DNA of 64,000 bases from contig CAJAQL010000029.1 in NCBI GenBank assembly GCA_903944135.1, positions 1,487-65,486 on the forward strand. The letters run 5' to 3'. A model generated the notes under the pieces. That model was not told the origin of the DNA. It was given only the letters and a program-made list of their open reading frames with translations, and searched no databases. The DNA is from an uncultured Parcubacteria group bacterium (GTDB taxonomy: Bacteria; Patescibacteriota; Minisyncoccia; UBA6257; 2-01-FULL-56-20). Both the position numbers and the translations under genes were made by a program. Position 1 is the first letter of the stretch. Every line of letters starts with the position of its first letter. Shown piece by piece: positions 20,004 through 29,934 of this stretch.

Positions 20004-20807
20004 ATGACAAAACAAGAGCAGCCAAAGATCGGTCTGGCGCTAGGTAGTGGTGGTCCAAGAGGACTGGCGCACATCGGCGTAATCAAGGTTTTGGAAGAGA
20101 ACAATATCCCGATCGATTTTATCGCCGGTTCAAGTATCGGTGCTATGATCGGTGGATTTTATGCCGCCACAAAAGATATTAAGCAAGTGGAAAAAATAGC
20201 GCTCGGTACTGATTGGAAAGTAATTCTCTCCGTTTTAGACCCTTCCTTCCGGCAGGGATTGCTCGGTGGCGATAAAGCAAAGAACTTTATTGAGAATTAC
20301 ATCGGCAAAACACACTTTGAGGAACTGAAAATCCCTCTTTCGGTGGTAGCGACGAATTTAAAAAACGGCGACGTGGTTGTTCTAGATGAAGGCGAGGTTA
20401 CATCAGCAATTCGGGCGAGTATTTCGTTACCCTTGGTTTTCAAGCCAGTAGAATTAAAAGGTAAATTATTGGCCGACGGCGGATTGTCGCTGCCGGTTCC
20501 GGTTAATGTCGTGAAAAAGATGGGAGCCGACCTGGTTATCGCGGTCAATTTAGACGCCGATTATTTTACGAACGGCGATAATGAAAACAGCACCTACGGT
20601 TTTTATAAAATCGCCGACAATTCAATCGCTCTCTTGCGCCATCACCTTGCGTATTGGAATGTGAGAGATGCAGATATCGTTATTAATCCTCATGTGAGAG
20701 GCGCAACCCTGAGACAAAGTTTCTTTTTGGATGGCAAAGATTTTATCTTGGCCGGTGAAGAAGCAACAAAAAAAATATTGCCGCAATTGAAAAAGTTGAC
20801 GCATTAA
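20004..20807 (+). CDS. Patatin-like phospholipase (RssA-like)
   Basis: GSGGPRG, GSSIG, DGG. Confidence 0.92.
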   Translation: MTKQEQPKIGLALGSGGPRGLAHIGVIKVLEENNIPIDFIAGSSIGAMIGGFYAATKDIKQVEKIALGTDWKVILSVLDPSFRQGLLGGDKAKNFIENYIGKTHFEELKIPLSVVATNLKNGDVVVLDEGEVTSAIRASISLPLVFKPVELKGKLLADGGLSLPVPVNVVKKMGADLVIAVNLDADYFTNGDNENSTYGFYKIADNSIALLRHHLAYWNVRDADIVINPHVRGATLRQSFFLDGKDFILAGEEATKKILPQLKKLTH

Positions 20808-20987
20808 AAGAGGAAGCGCGGCTTAAAAAGTATTTGGATTTTTTGAAGGAATAAAGATATTGCGATCCGATACCTGAAAGAAAAGAAGCTAGCATAAAAA
20901 TCGAAAGAGACTGACGGGGAATTGTCCCTCGATTAGGATCGATGTCATGAGTTTCATCTTTGTGTTATACTAAAATTACAACTGAAT

Positions 20988-21120
20988 AATTATCGAGAGT
21001 AGCGGGGAGAGTTCTGGCTCAATGATCCGCTCGGCAACTTGCTCAAAGCAAAGTGCCACATCCAGCCCGCAAGGGAGAGATAAAGGTCGAAACGCTCTTC
21101 TTTTCGATGAGCGTTTTTTT
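20988..21120 (+). promoter_or_regulatory. SAM-I riboswitch with terminator upstream of metK
   Basis: TTATCGAGAG...CTGGCTCAATGA...CGGCAAC...GTGCCACATCC...GAGATAA; terminator AAACGCTC/GAGCGTTTTTTT. Confidence 0.85.
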
Positions 21121-21147
21121 ATTCGGTTGCCGAAGGAAGACTGGAAG

Positions 21148-21175
21148 CATGGATCCTCGCCTTCGCGAGGACGAC
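21148..21175. repeat. Single REP-like unit
   Basis: CATGGATCCTCGCCTTCGCGAGGACGAC. Confidence 0.7.
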
Positions 21176-21278
21176 GGAAGAGGCGGTAAATCATGAGAAA
21201 GCAGTCGAGGGGAGGACGACAGGGGAGGAGAAAATAAACCTAGATCCCGTTTTGTAACGGGATGACGCTAAAAACTTT

Positions 21279-22226
21279 ATGAATAAAACTATACGAACAG
21301 CGGAATTCGTTTCACCAAAGCATCCGGATAAGATGTGCGATATCATCGCGGACACGATCCTTGATGCATATCTCGCAGGCGATCCCGCGAGCCGTGTGGC
21401 GGTGGAAGTGATGGGCGGGCATGGCCATGTGTCGGTATCAGGCGAAGTGACGAGTAATGCAGAAGTGGACATCGAGAATATCGTTAAAAATATTGCAGGC
21501 AAAGATCTTGTGGTACACCAGTACCTTACGAAGCAAAGTTCTGAGATCGCACAGGGCGTTGATGCTGGCGGCGCAGGGGATCAGGGCATCATGATCGGCT
21601 ACGCAACGCGGGATGCGGAGAATTTTATGCCGCTCGAATATGAGCTGGCGCGGAAATTGTGTTGGGATATCTTCAAAAAATATCCGTTCGATGGAAAGAC
21701 GCAGGTGACGATCGAGGACGGCAAGGTACGCACCGTCGTGGCAAGTTTCCAGAACTCAAAAACGCCGGACCTCGAAAAATTGGTCCGTTCGCTCATCGTG
21801 TCCGAAGAATATCTTATAAATCCTGCCGGGGAGTGGACGCGGGGTGGTTTCGACGCCGACTCAGGGCTTTCAGGGCGCAAAATAGTCATTGACAATTACG
21901 GACCGGAAACGGGCGTCGGCGGTGGATCGTTCTCCGGCAAGGACTACACGAAAGTGGATCGTTCCGGAGCTTATATGGCGCGCCGCATCGCCGTGGATCA
22001 CCTCGCAAAATATCCGGAAGCCCAGACGGTGCGCGTGAAACTTGCCTATGCTATTGGGAAGCCCTTGCCTGTCATGGCGGTGGCCGAAGTGGATGGCGAA
22101 GAGATCACGATCAATGGCTACGATCTCACGCCGCGAGGGATCTATGCCGCGCTCGCACTCGATAAGGTTCGCTGGGTGGACACGGCGGCATGGGGGCATT
22201 TCGGCAGAGGATTCAGCTGGGGATAA
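21279..22226 (+). CDS. metK: Methionine adenosyltransferase (compact form)
   Basis: EFVSPKHPDK, GAGDQG, DGKTQV, GRKIVID, GGGSFSGKD.TKVDRSGAY, GHFG. Confidence 0.95.
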   Translation: MNKTIRTAEFVSPKHPDKMCDIIADTILDAYLAGDPASRVAVEVMGGHGHVSVSGEVTSNAEVDIENIVKNIAGKDLVVHQYLTKQSSEIAQGVDAGGAGDQGIMIGYATRDAENFMPLEYELARKLCWDIFKKYPFDGKTQVTIEDGKVRTVVASFQNSKTPDLEKLVRSLIVSEEYLINPAGEWTRGGFDADSGLSGRKIVIDNYGPETGVGGGSFSGKDYTKVDRSGAYMARRIAVDHLAKYPEAQTVRVKLAYAIGKPLPVMAVAEVDGEEITINGYDLTPRGIYAALALDKVRWVDTAAWGHFGRGFSWG

Positions 22227-22328
22227 GTTGCCGCAGGGGAACTTTCCCGATAAATGTTATGATATTAGTTCAGACGTGAAAGACGCGGTTCGATCGCCGC
22301 GCATAAAAATTTATCTCATTACATATTT

Positions 22329-22709
22329 ATGGATCCTCAAACATATGTTCCCGGGGTCTGCAATATCGGTCCGGCGGAGATCGGTGCCCGCAAGCGCATT
22401 GGTTGGATCGGGCTTGTCGTAACGGTGCTCCTTTGGGCGGCATTCATATTTTTCCGCATAGCAGCGCCATGGCGCTTGTTCCTTTTTATTCCTGCGGCGA
22501 TGTCGGCGACGGGGTTCATTCAGGCATATGCTCATTTTTGCGCCGGATTCGGCATGAAGGGATTGTTCAATTTTGGGACGGAGGTCGGGAAAACGGAAAC
22601 GGTTCAGCAGCAAGAGTTCAGAAAAATGGACAGGCAAAAGGCGTTGCGGATCTTCGGTTATTCTATCGTGCTCGGTGCCGTCGTCGCCCTTTTAGCGTTT
22701 TATCTCTAG
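22329..22709 (+). CDS. Hypothetical membrane protein
   Basis: CNIG..E...R N-terminus, 3 TM helices, QA...FC motif. Confidence 0.75.
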   Translation: MDPQTYVPGVCNIGPAEIGARKRIGWIGLVVTVLLWAAFIFFRIAAPWRLFLFIPAAMSATGFIQAYAHFCAGFGMKGLFNFGTEVGKTETVQQQEFRKMDRQKALRIFGYSIVLGAVVALLAFYL

Positions 22710-22713
22710 GCGC

Positions 22714-23814
22714 ATGGTCGTACTATTTTTGGCTGCGGCCATAGCGATACTCGCGATCTTGTTCTTAGGGCATCTGGCGGTATATCTATTCTTCCTATCC
22801 GTCTTTCCAGCCATCGGCGGGAACCTACTGGCATTTCAGATCGTCATCGGTATTTTATGGATCAGCTTCGTCGTGGCATCCCTGCTTTCACAGAAAATCA
22901 ATAATGTCGGAACAAGGATGCTCTATAGGGTTTCCGCCGCGTGGCTCGGCTTCTTTGTCTATCTGCTCATCGGGGCGTGCGTGTATGGTGCGGTTTTCGC
23001 GCTTTACCCGGCACCGCAACAAACCATGTCGTGGATAGGGGAAACGCTCATGTTCATTGCCCTTGTTCTGGGCCTCTACGGCATCGTAAATGCCAACCGG
23101 ATACAGATAACTTCCATCAGTGTCGCGGTACCGAACTTGCCGGAGAAATGGAGATCGCGCAAAGCGGTCTTCATGAGCGATCTGCACCTCGGGCAGGTGC
23201 GCGGCGCTTCGTTCGCAAAGCGTATCGTCGCGAAAATACAGGAATTGAAACCCGACATTGTTTTTATCGGCGGCGATCTCTATGACGGCGTGGCCGTGGA
23301 TGCCGAGAGCGTGATCGAGCCGCTTGCGGAACTCAAGATCCCGCTCGGCATCTATTTCGTGACCGGAAATCACGAGGAATTTTCCGACAGTTCAAAATAT
23401 CTGTCGGCCATCCGCGGAATAGGGATTACGGCGCTCATGGACGAAAAGGTCATGATCGACGATCTTCAGCTTATCGGCGTCGACTATGCGCGCACGACCA
23501 AGAAAGCGGCGTTCGATGATGTTTTGCAAAATCTGCATATCGACCGGAAATCACCGAGCATCCTTCTGAAGCATGTGCCGTCCGATCTGGATATCGCGCT
23601 GAAATACGGGATCACGCTGCAACTGTCAGGACATACGCATCGTGCGCAGATTTTTCCATTCACGTTTCTCACGCATTTGATCTTCAAGGGATTCGACTAT
23701 GGGTTGCGCCCGCTTGGCGCGCTGCAAGTGTATACCTCGAGCGGCGTGGGGACGTGGGGTCCGCCGCTCCGCGTGGGAACCCGGTCGGAGATAGTCGAGA
23801 TATTTTTCCGGTAA
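22714..23814 (+). CDS. Membrane-anchored metallophosphoesterase (paralog of 5858-7012)
   Basis: SDLH, GDLYD, GNHE, LLKH, SGHTH. Confidence 0.88.
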   Translation: MVVLFLAAAIAILAILFLGHLAVYLFFLSVFPAIGGNLLAFQIVIGILWISFVVASLLSQKINNVGTRMLYRVSAAWLGFFVYLLIGACVYGAVFALYPAPQQTMSWIGETLMFIALVLGLYGIVNANRIQITSISVAVPNLPEKWRSRKAVFMSDLHLGQVRGASFAKRIVAKIQELKPDIVFIGGDLYDGVAVDAESVIEPLAELKIPLGIYFVTGNHEEFSDSSKYLSAIRGIGITALMDEKVMIDDLQLIGVDYARTTKKAAFDDVLQNLHIDRKSPSILLKHVPSDLDIALKYGITLQLSGHTHRAQIFPFTFLTHLIFKGFDYGLRPLGALQVYTSSGVGTWGPPLRVGTRSEIVEIFFR

Positions 23815-23869
23815 CACGTTTTTGAAATGACAGATTTTTTCGGACAGGTTCCGGGTGTATCATGTCTTC

Positions 23870-25012
23870 ATGCGCATCATCGCACATCTCGACATGGACG
23901 CCTTTTTTGCGTCGATAGAGGAACGCGACAATGCACGCTTTGCGGGGCGGCCGATCGTGGTCGGTTCGGATCCTGAGGGCGGGAAGGGCCGTGGCGTGGT
24001 TTCCACCGCGAACTATGCGGCACGGGCATACGGTATCCGCTCTGCCCTGCCGATCTCGACCGCGTGGCGATATTCCGAAGCGGCACGAAAGAAAGGATTG
24101 CCGCCAGCGGTGTTCCTTGAGGTGAACATGCGTAAATACGGCGAGGTGTCGGAACGCATCATGGAGATCGTCCGGGCGCATGTGCCGCCGGACGCGGATG
24201 GCGTCATCCTTGTGGAACAATCGAGCGTGGACGAAGCATCGTTCGAACTGTCCTTCGCCGGTTCATATGAAAAAGCCGAACGCATTGCGCGCGAGATAAA
24301 GAAGGAAATAAAAGAAAAAGAGCGGCTCACGGCAACGATCGGCATCGGGCCGAACAAGCTTATCGCGAAGATTGCGAGCGATCGACAAAAGCCCGACGGG
24401 TTGACCGTGGTCTCCGAGGCGGCCGCCGAAAAATTTCTCGAACCATTGAGCATTCGCACGATCCCCGGCGTCGGTCCGAAAGCGGAAGAGCGATTTTTAG
24501 AGAAGGGGATGCGTACCGTGCGTGACGCGAAGCGGCTGACCAAGGCGGAGCTGACAACGATGATGGGGAAGTGGGGCGCGGAACTCTATGAGAAATTGCG
24601 CGGGCGGAGCGATGCGCCGATCGTTCTCGACTCGGTGCAGAAATCCATCGGCGAGCAGACCACGTTCGACGAGGACATTCCTGTGAATGGAAAGTTGAAA
24701 GACCGGAAATTGCTTGAGGCTGCGCTCGCCGCGCTTGCGGCGGATGTGCACAAGCGCCTGCGGCGGGAGATCGCCGCCGGCGCGCCCTTCAAAGCATTCC
24801 GCAGTATCGGTATTACCGTACGCTTCTCCGACTTCACGACGAAAACGCGGAGCGTGACGCTTAAAGAACCTGTTGCGGCATCCGATACGACGGCGCAGAA
24901 GACGATCCAATTTCAGGCCTTGCGACTTTTCATGCCGTTCATGGATCGGCGCGAGAATCCGTTACATAAAGCGATCCGTCTGCTTGGCGTAAAAGTGGAG
25001 CGGTTCAAGTGA
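23870..25012 (+). CDS. dinB: DNA polymerase IV (Y family)
   Basis: HLDMDAFFAS, STANYAAR, SVDEA, NKLIAKIASD..KPDG. Confidence 0.93.
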   Translation: MRIIAHLDMDAFFASIEERDNARFAGRPIVVGSDPEGGKGRGVVSTANYAARAYGIRSALPISTAWRYSEAARKKGLPPAVFLEVNMRKYGEVSERIMEIVRAHVPPDADGVILVEQSSVDEASFELSFAGSYEKAERIAREIKKEIKEKERLTATIGIGPNKLIAKIASDRQKPDGLTVVSEAAAEKFLEPLSIRTIPGVGPKAEERFLEKGMRTVRDAKRLTKAELTTMMGKWGAELYEKLRGRSDAPIVLDSVQKSIGEQTTFDEDIPVNGKLKDRKLLEAALAALAADVHKRLRREIAAGAPFKAFRSIGITVRFSDFTTKTRSVTLKEPVAASDTTAQKTIQFQALRLFMPFMDRRENPLHKAIRLLGVKVERFK

Positions 25013-25080
25013 TTTGCTCGCGCGGACTGGCATATTTTTGAGATAGGTTCTAATGTGAGGTTAGTTTTGGGAGGTGCCCT

Positions 25081-26463
25081 TTGAAAAAGCTCATAGCCGT
25101 CTTGTGCTCATTGTTATTATTGGTGTCCGCGAAATCGACGGATCTCACAAAGGTCCACTTTCCGAACCCCAAGATCGACCCACCGGCTCTCGCGGAAGCC
25201 CGCAATTTCGGCGTCAAGATGCCGAAAAACGATAATCTCAACCATCCTTTTCCTGACGGATTCATCTGGGGCGTTGCCACATCGGCATTCCAGAATGAAG
25301 GCGGCAACGGAAAGACCGATTGGGATTTATGGGCATCCGAGAAAGGCATCCGGCCCGGCTTCGTCGGCTTCACGAAAACCGACATACTCCTGGCTAAGGA
25401 ATATGGGGTTCATTGCATCAGGACCTCGATCGAATGGGGCCGCGTCGAACCTGCGAAAGGAGTCTGGGACGAACAAGAATTGGATCGTTCATTCCAATTG
25501 GCGAAGTTCGCCAAAAAGAACGGCGTCCAGATGATGATCAACCTGAACCACTTCACGCTGCCTAAATGGGCCGCGGCGAAGGGAGGATGGGAGAACGATG
25601 ATATGCCGGCGCTCTTTGCCGCCTACGCAGAGAAGGTTGCTCAGAAATTCAAGCCGCTCGGCTTCGAATATTGGATGACCTTCAACGAACCCGTCGTGCT
25701 CCTCGCGGAAGGATACCTGAACGGTGCGTTTCCTCCTTTCAGAAACGGAGACCTCCGTGGCGTTATCTCCGCACGGCGGAACATCATCCGCGCCCATCGT
25801 GCCGCCTATGATGTCCTGCACCGCGTCTGCGATACCCGCCATAAAAAGATACGGGTCGGCATCGCGCATTCGACGAGCTACTACGTGCCGGCGAGAGTTG
25901 GGAACGAGGACGATCAAAAGGCAACGACCGTGCTCGATTTCATCATGAACACCGACTTCGTCGATGCCATCGAAGACCGGCTTGACTACATCGGCCTGAA
26001 CTATTATTCCGGATGGCTGATCAAGTTCAATCCGTGGAGCTTTTTCTTCGGCGTTCCCGTTGAATACATGAACACGAAAAAAAGCGATGACAGCGTCTAC
26101 CCGGAAGGCCTCTACCGGATCGTGCGGGAATTCGCACGGTACCGCAAACCGATCATCGTGACGGAAAACGGCGTGGATGACGGCACGGACAGCAAACGCC
26201 CCGTTTTCATCATGAGCCATCTCTTGTGGCTCCAAAAAGCAGCAGCCGAAGCCGGGCCGGACGCGCCGGTCATCGGTTACTTCTATTGGACCCTCTTTGA
26301 TAATTTTGAATGGGTGAAAGGCGACTGCATCACGTCGCACTTCGGCCTGTTCAGCATCGATCCGCACACAAAGGAGAGAATACCGCGGCCATCGGCGACC
26401 GTCTTCCGCGACATCGCCCGCGCGAACGGCCTTACGCGAGAATTGATCGCAAAGGCAAAATGA
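25081..26463 (+). CDS. Glycoside hydrolase family 1 with signal peptide
   Basis: FIWGVATSAFQNEG, TFNEP, VTENG, DNFEW; MKKLIAVLCSLLLL leader. Confidence 0.9.
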   Translation: MKKLIAVLCSLLLLVSAKSTDLTKVHFPNPKIDPPALAEARNFGVKMPKNDNLNHPFPDGFIWGVATSAFQNEGGNGKTDWDLWASEKGIRPGFVGFTKTDILLAKEYGVHCIRTSIEWGRVEPAKGVWDEQELDRSFQLAKFAKKNGVQMMINLNHFTLPKWAAAKGGWENDDMPALFAAYAEKVAQKFKPLGFEYWMTFNEPVVLLAEGYLNGAFPPFRNGDLRGVISARRNIIRAHRAAYDVLHRVCDTRHKKIRVGIAHSTSYYVPARVGNEDDQKATTVLDFIMNTDFVDAIEDRLDYIGLNYYSGWLIKFNPWSFFFGVPVEYMNTKKSDDSVYPEGLYRIVREFARYRKPIIVTENGVDDGTDSKRPVFIMSHLLWLQKAAAEAGPDAPVIGYFYWTLFDNFEWVKGDCITSHFGLFSIDPHTKERIPRPSATVFRDIARANGLTRELIAKAK

Positions 26464-26654
26464 GAGCGATGAAGCATCTACGCCAGGATCTACGGGTCCT
26501 GGCGTATTTTGTTCCAAAACTTCGCCGACGAACTCCGTTCAATACTGCTGAGCGCGGCATTGCGCGTTAACCCGACGTACTGAGCCATGATGCCGTGATT
26601 TTTTTGCGCTCAAATCCGGATTCTTTTGATCCGGGTTTCTCATGCGCACCATCC

Positions 26655-27635
26655 TTACGCGGTGGGCTCTTTTTTGAAAAAGGTCATCTGGAAACGTTTT
26701 TCGAGGATGTTTTGGATATAGGCAACCGTCCGTTGCAGGTTCACGAGGAAGAGCAATCCTTCTTGAGATGGTTTTTGCATGAACTGGAGCTCGGCGCGGG
26801 AGATCTTTTGGACAAGAGGTTCAACCTCCAGCTCGAGACCCACGATGCGTTTGTTGTCCAGCTTCTGGTCCATGGATCCGGCGAATAGTTTTATGATCTC
26901 ATTCGATAATCTTCGGATGGTCTGCGTCGTTTTTTCATCTATGGGCAGGGTCTGCTCCTCGAGAGATAATTTTGCGATGTTCACGGCGCGGTCAGCGACA
27001 CGCTCGATCTGCGCCGCGATATATTCGTATGCCGAGGATTCGAGAAGAGAGCGGCTCTCAAGAGATTCCTGCATCTTGTCCTGGAGCAGGCTTTGGTGAT
27101 TCCTTATGACGAGATGATAGAGCCGGTCGACGTCCACATCCCGTTCGATGACGTCCGCGCCCATTTCTTTGTCACCCGAGAAGAAAGCCTCGACCGCATC
27201 CAGGAACATCGACCGTGCGTTCGTTTCCATGCTCAAAAGGCATTGCTCGAAAGAGAGCGCCTGATCGCTCAGGACGCTTTTCAGAACGATAGCCTGATGG
27301 TTTTCCGAGACGATCTCGAAGCCCATGAGGAACCGCATGATGGCGCGGATGTCCTTTTTGGTGGTCGAGCCGAACTTGCCCTCCACGCGTATCTCGTCCA
27401 CGCCCAGGGAATACAGGCTGATAAGCTCGTTGAGCAGTTCCTTCCTCGATTTTTCCGAAACATCGACCGTGGCCGTGAACGCTTGTTCGTGGTCAAGGCC
27501 ATAGATCGTAAGCGCGCCGGTTGCATGACCCATGATGACGATCTCGCGATCGGCGTGATGGGAAAGAGCCCAATCTTTCGGAAGCACGAAGGAGAAACTG
27601 CCGCCGCCTGTTTTTTGTACTTTTCTTCTTTGCAT
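26655..27635 (-). CDS. Archaeal-type phosphate uptake regulator (AbrB + PhoU domains)
   Basis: RKVQKTGGGSFSFVLPKDW AbrB N-terminus; ERDVDVDRL and IERVADRAVNIA PhoU motifs. Confidence 0.85.
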   Translation of the reverse strand: MQRRKVQKTGGGSFSFVLPKDWALSHHADREIVIMGHATGALTIYGLDHEQAFTATVDVSEKSRKELLNELISLYSLGVDEIRVEGKFGSTTKKDIRAIMRFLMGFEIVSENHQAIVLKSVLSDQALSFEQCLLSMETNARSMFLDAVEAFFSGDKEMGADVIERDVDVDRLYHLVIRNHQSLLQDKMQESLESRSLLESSAYEYIAAQIERVADRAVNIAKLSLEEQTLPIDEKTTQTIRRLSNEIIKLFAGSMDQKLDNKRIVGLELEVEPLVQKISRAELQFMQKPSQEGLLFLVNLQRTVAYIQNILEKRFQMTFFKKEPTA

Positions 27636-27833
27636 GGGATAGAGGTATGGAGAAGGATGGAGATGACGGGATAAGGGGGGAGCCATCCGCATTTTTCGGC
27701 TTCTTGCGCACAGCTGCCGGCCAGCGGGAAACATTTTCCTATGAGAAAATAATATCAGGAATATATATTTTTTACAAGAAAATATATATTCGAAGCTTTA
27801 CAACAGAATATGCCATGAGAGGAGAATCAGGCG

Positions 27834-28361
27834 ATGCACATCTTAAGGAAAACGTTGGTGATAGCGCTTCTCGCCCCGTGTCTCCGCGGCTCGCTGTCAG
27901 GACAAACGGTGAAGGAAAATGTCCTGCATGCGCTCGCTCAGTTCAACCTGCAAAATTCGATCGTCGTCGTCTCTGCCGAAAAAAACCACATTGAAGCCCT
28001 TCCTGCGGGCGACGGCACGGATCAACTCGGGTTTGATCTCCGCAACGACAGAAAAAGATGGAAAAGGAACTGGGGGATATGCACGCGGATCGAACATCCG
28101 GGTGGAATCGAAAGTTGGAGGGCGAGAAGGAAATTCTCCCTTCACGTGACGACGCATCGCGCCGATAACGGGTCGCTGTATTACGAGATGCATATCGATC
28201 ACTGGGCGCCATCTTTCTGGAATCCGCCAAGCTCATTCTTCCACTGCTTCGGGGAATACGTTCCCCATAAACTGTTTGGCGAGCATACCAACCAAACGAC
28301 CGTCGCGCGAGGACTTGCGAGAGAAGACTCGCGTGTGCGCCGCGAACATCACCGCTACTGA
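27834..28361 (+). CDS. Secreted hypothetical protein
   Basis: SD AGGAG, signal-peptide-like N-terminus. Confidence 0.6.
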   Translation: MHILRKTLVIALLAPCLRGSLSGQTVKENVLHALAQFNLQNSIVVVSAEKNHIEALPAGDGTDQLGFDLRNDRKRWKRNWGICTRIEHPGGIESWRARRKFSLHVTTHRADNGSLYYEMHIDHWAPSFWNPPSSFFHCFGEYVPHKLFGEHTNQTTVARGLAREDSRVRREHHRY

Positions 28362-28373
28362 AAGGAGCCGGTC

Positions 28374-29465
28374 ATGATCTGCAAAAAACATCCGCAGTAC
28401 CAGGGACGCAACAAGCCTACGTCCACCTGTAAGACCTGCTGGGCGCTCTTCGACGAAGTCTCCGCCAAGGTGAAAAAGTTCTCCAAGGCGCAAGACGACA
28501 AGAAGAAGCGTGCCGAGCGCGCTGAAACCACGTCAACCCTCAACGAAGCCCTCAACAAGATAGAGGGGTTGGAGGCCTACGTTACCGCCATCACAACGCT
28601 TCAAAACGCGAATTCCACCACCATCATCGAACCCCGCCAGGGAACCAACACTTCCGAGGCTGTGGCCGTGGCGGTGGCAACGGACTGGCACCTTGGATCC
28701 CGCATCCGTCCCGAACAGGTGAGCGGGCTCAACACATTCGATGTCGCCATCTGCAAGGAGCGCGTCAAGACGTTCTTCGAGCGCATCGTGCGCCTCACCA
28801 AAAAGGAGCGGCAGGATGTCAATATCGACGAGCTGGTTCTTTTTCTGGGAGGCGACCTCATCGACGGGATGCTCCATCTGGATACCATTCAGTCCAATGA
28901 GATCGCTGAGCCCATCCACCAGGCGGTGCTCTGCCAGGAGCTCATCGAGGCAGGGCTCACCTTCCTCCAGAACAACGGCGGCTTCAAACGCATTACGGTT
29001 GCCTGCTGCGACGGAAACCATGGCCGCATCACCCAAAAAATGCACGCAACCTCACGCCAGGGAAACGCGCTCGAGTATTTCATGTACTACAACATCGCTC
29101 ACCGATTTCCCGACATCAATTGGCTGATGGCGGACGGACTGTTCGTCTATCTCGACGTGCTGGGGCACAAGATCCGCTTCCATCACGGCGACACCATCAG
29201 TTTTGGCGGCGTGCAGGGACCGTACATGTATCTGAACCGCCGCATCTACCAATGGGACCAGGCGAATCCTGCGGAATACTCCGTGCAGGGACACCTGCAT
29301 TGCTACACCATCGGTACGCGCCGGTGGCTCATCAACGGATCGCTCGTCGGCTATTCGCCGTACGCCATAACCTTCGGGGGAGAGTTCCAACCCCCCATCC
29401 AGGCGTTCTTCCTGATGGACAAGAAACGCGGCGTCACGGTTCAGATACCGATCCTTCTCGGATAG
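28374..29465 (+). CDS. Calcineurin-like metallophosphoesterase (phage-like) with N-terminal Zn-finger-like motif
   Basis: TDWH, GGDLID, GNHG, HHGD, GHLH; N-terminal CxxH-x12-CxxC; SD AAGGAG. Confidence 0.8.
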   Translation: MICKKHPQYQGRNKPTSTCKTCWALFDEVSAKVKKFSKAQDDKKKRAERAETTSTLNEALNKIEGLEAYVTAITTLQNANSTTIIEPRQGTNTSEAVAVAVATDWHLGSRIRPEQVSGLNTFDVAICKERVKTFFERIVRLTKKERQDVNIDELVLFLGGDLIDGMLHLDTIQSNEIAEPIHQAVLCQELIEAGLTFLQNNGGFKRITVACCDGNHGRITQKMHATSRQGNALEYFMYYNIAHRFPDINWLMADGLFVYLDVLGHKIRFHHGDTISFGGVQGPYMYLNRRIYQWDQANPAEYSVQGHLHCYTIGTRRWLINGSLVGYSPYAITFGGEFQPPIQAFFLMDKKRGVTVQIPILLG

Positions 29466-29565
29466 TTCTTTGCATGAACCAACGCTGGGTGCCGCACCGA
29501 AAAGCGGCACCCTTTTATTTCACTCCGAAACAAAATGGACGCGCCTGCTAAAAGGAGGTTGAGGC

Positions 29566-29718
29566 ATGAAACCGAACCTGAAATTTCATTGTCCGCATTG
29601 TCACAAAAAACTGGCATTAAAGGAGTTCAAGTTTTATCCCAAATCGCTCACGGTGATATGGGAATGCAGGTTCTGTAACAATTTTTACCGTTTGAACCTC
29701 AGATCGCCGGGGAGGTAA
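29566..29718 (+). CDS. 50-aa zinc-ribbon microprotein (not in the ORF track)
   Basis: MKPNLKFHCPHCHKKLALKEFKFYPKSLTVIWECRFCNNFYRLNLRSPGR; strong SD AAAGGAGG. Confidence 0.7.
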   Translation: MKPNLKFHCPHCHKKLALKEFKFYPKSLTVIWECRFCNNFYRLNLRSPGR

Positions 29719-29934
29719 CAACAGTGCGTCGAAAAAGGAAATGTTCCTTGCGGCCAGCTAAGAGTCCGAATTTGAAAAAAATTCAAAGAGTTGATTTCGG
29801 GGTCGTGCCACCATCGCGGCCCCCTTTCATCTTTTTCTGCGCATCGGTCTGTCTCAGTGCTGGATCAGTATTATTAGTCATGCTTGGGATGCAGTTTCCA
29901 TGCCGAAGGAGAAACCTGTATAATAAACAATAAT

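Noticed and set aside
25489-26517. Long antisense or alternate-frame ORFs (also 320-1003, 6911-7747, 13333-14088)
   Set aside because: They are shadows of well-supported genes, with no recognisable motifs
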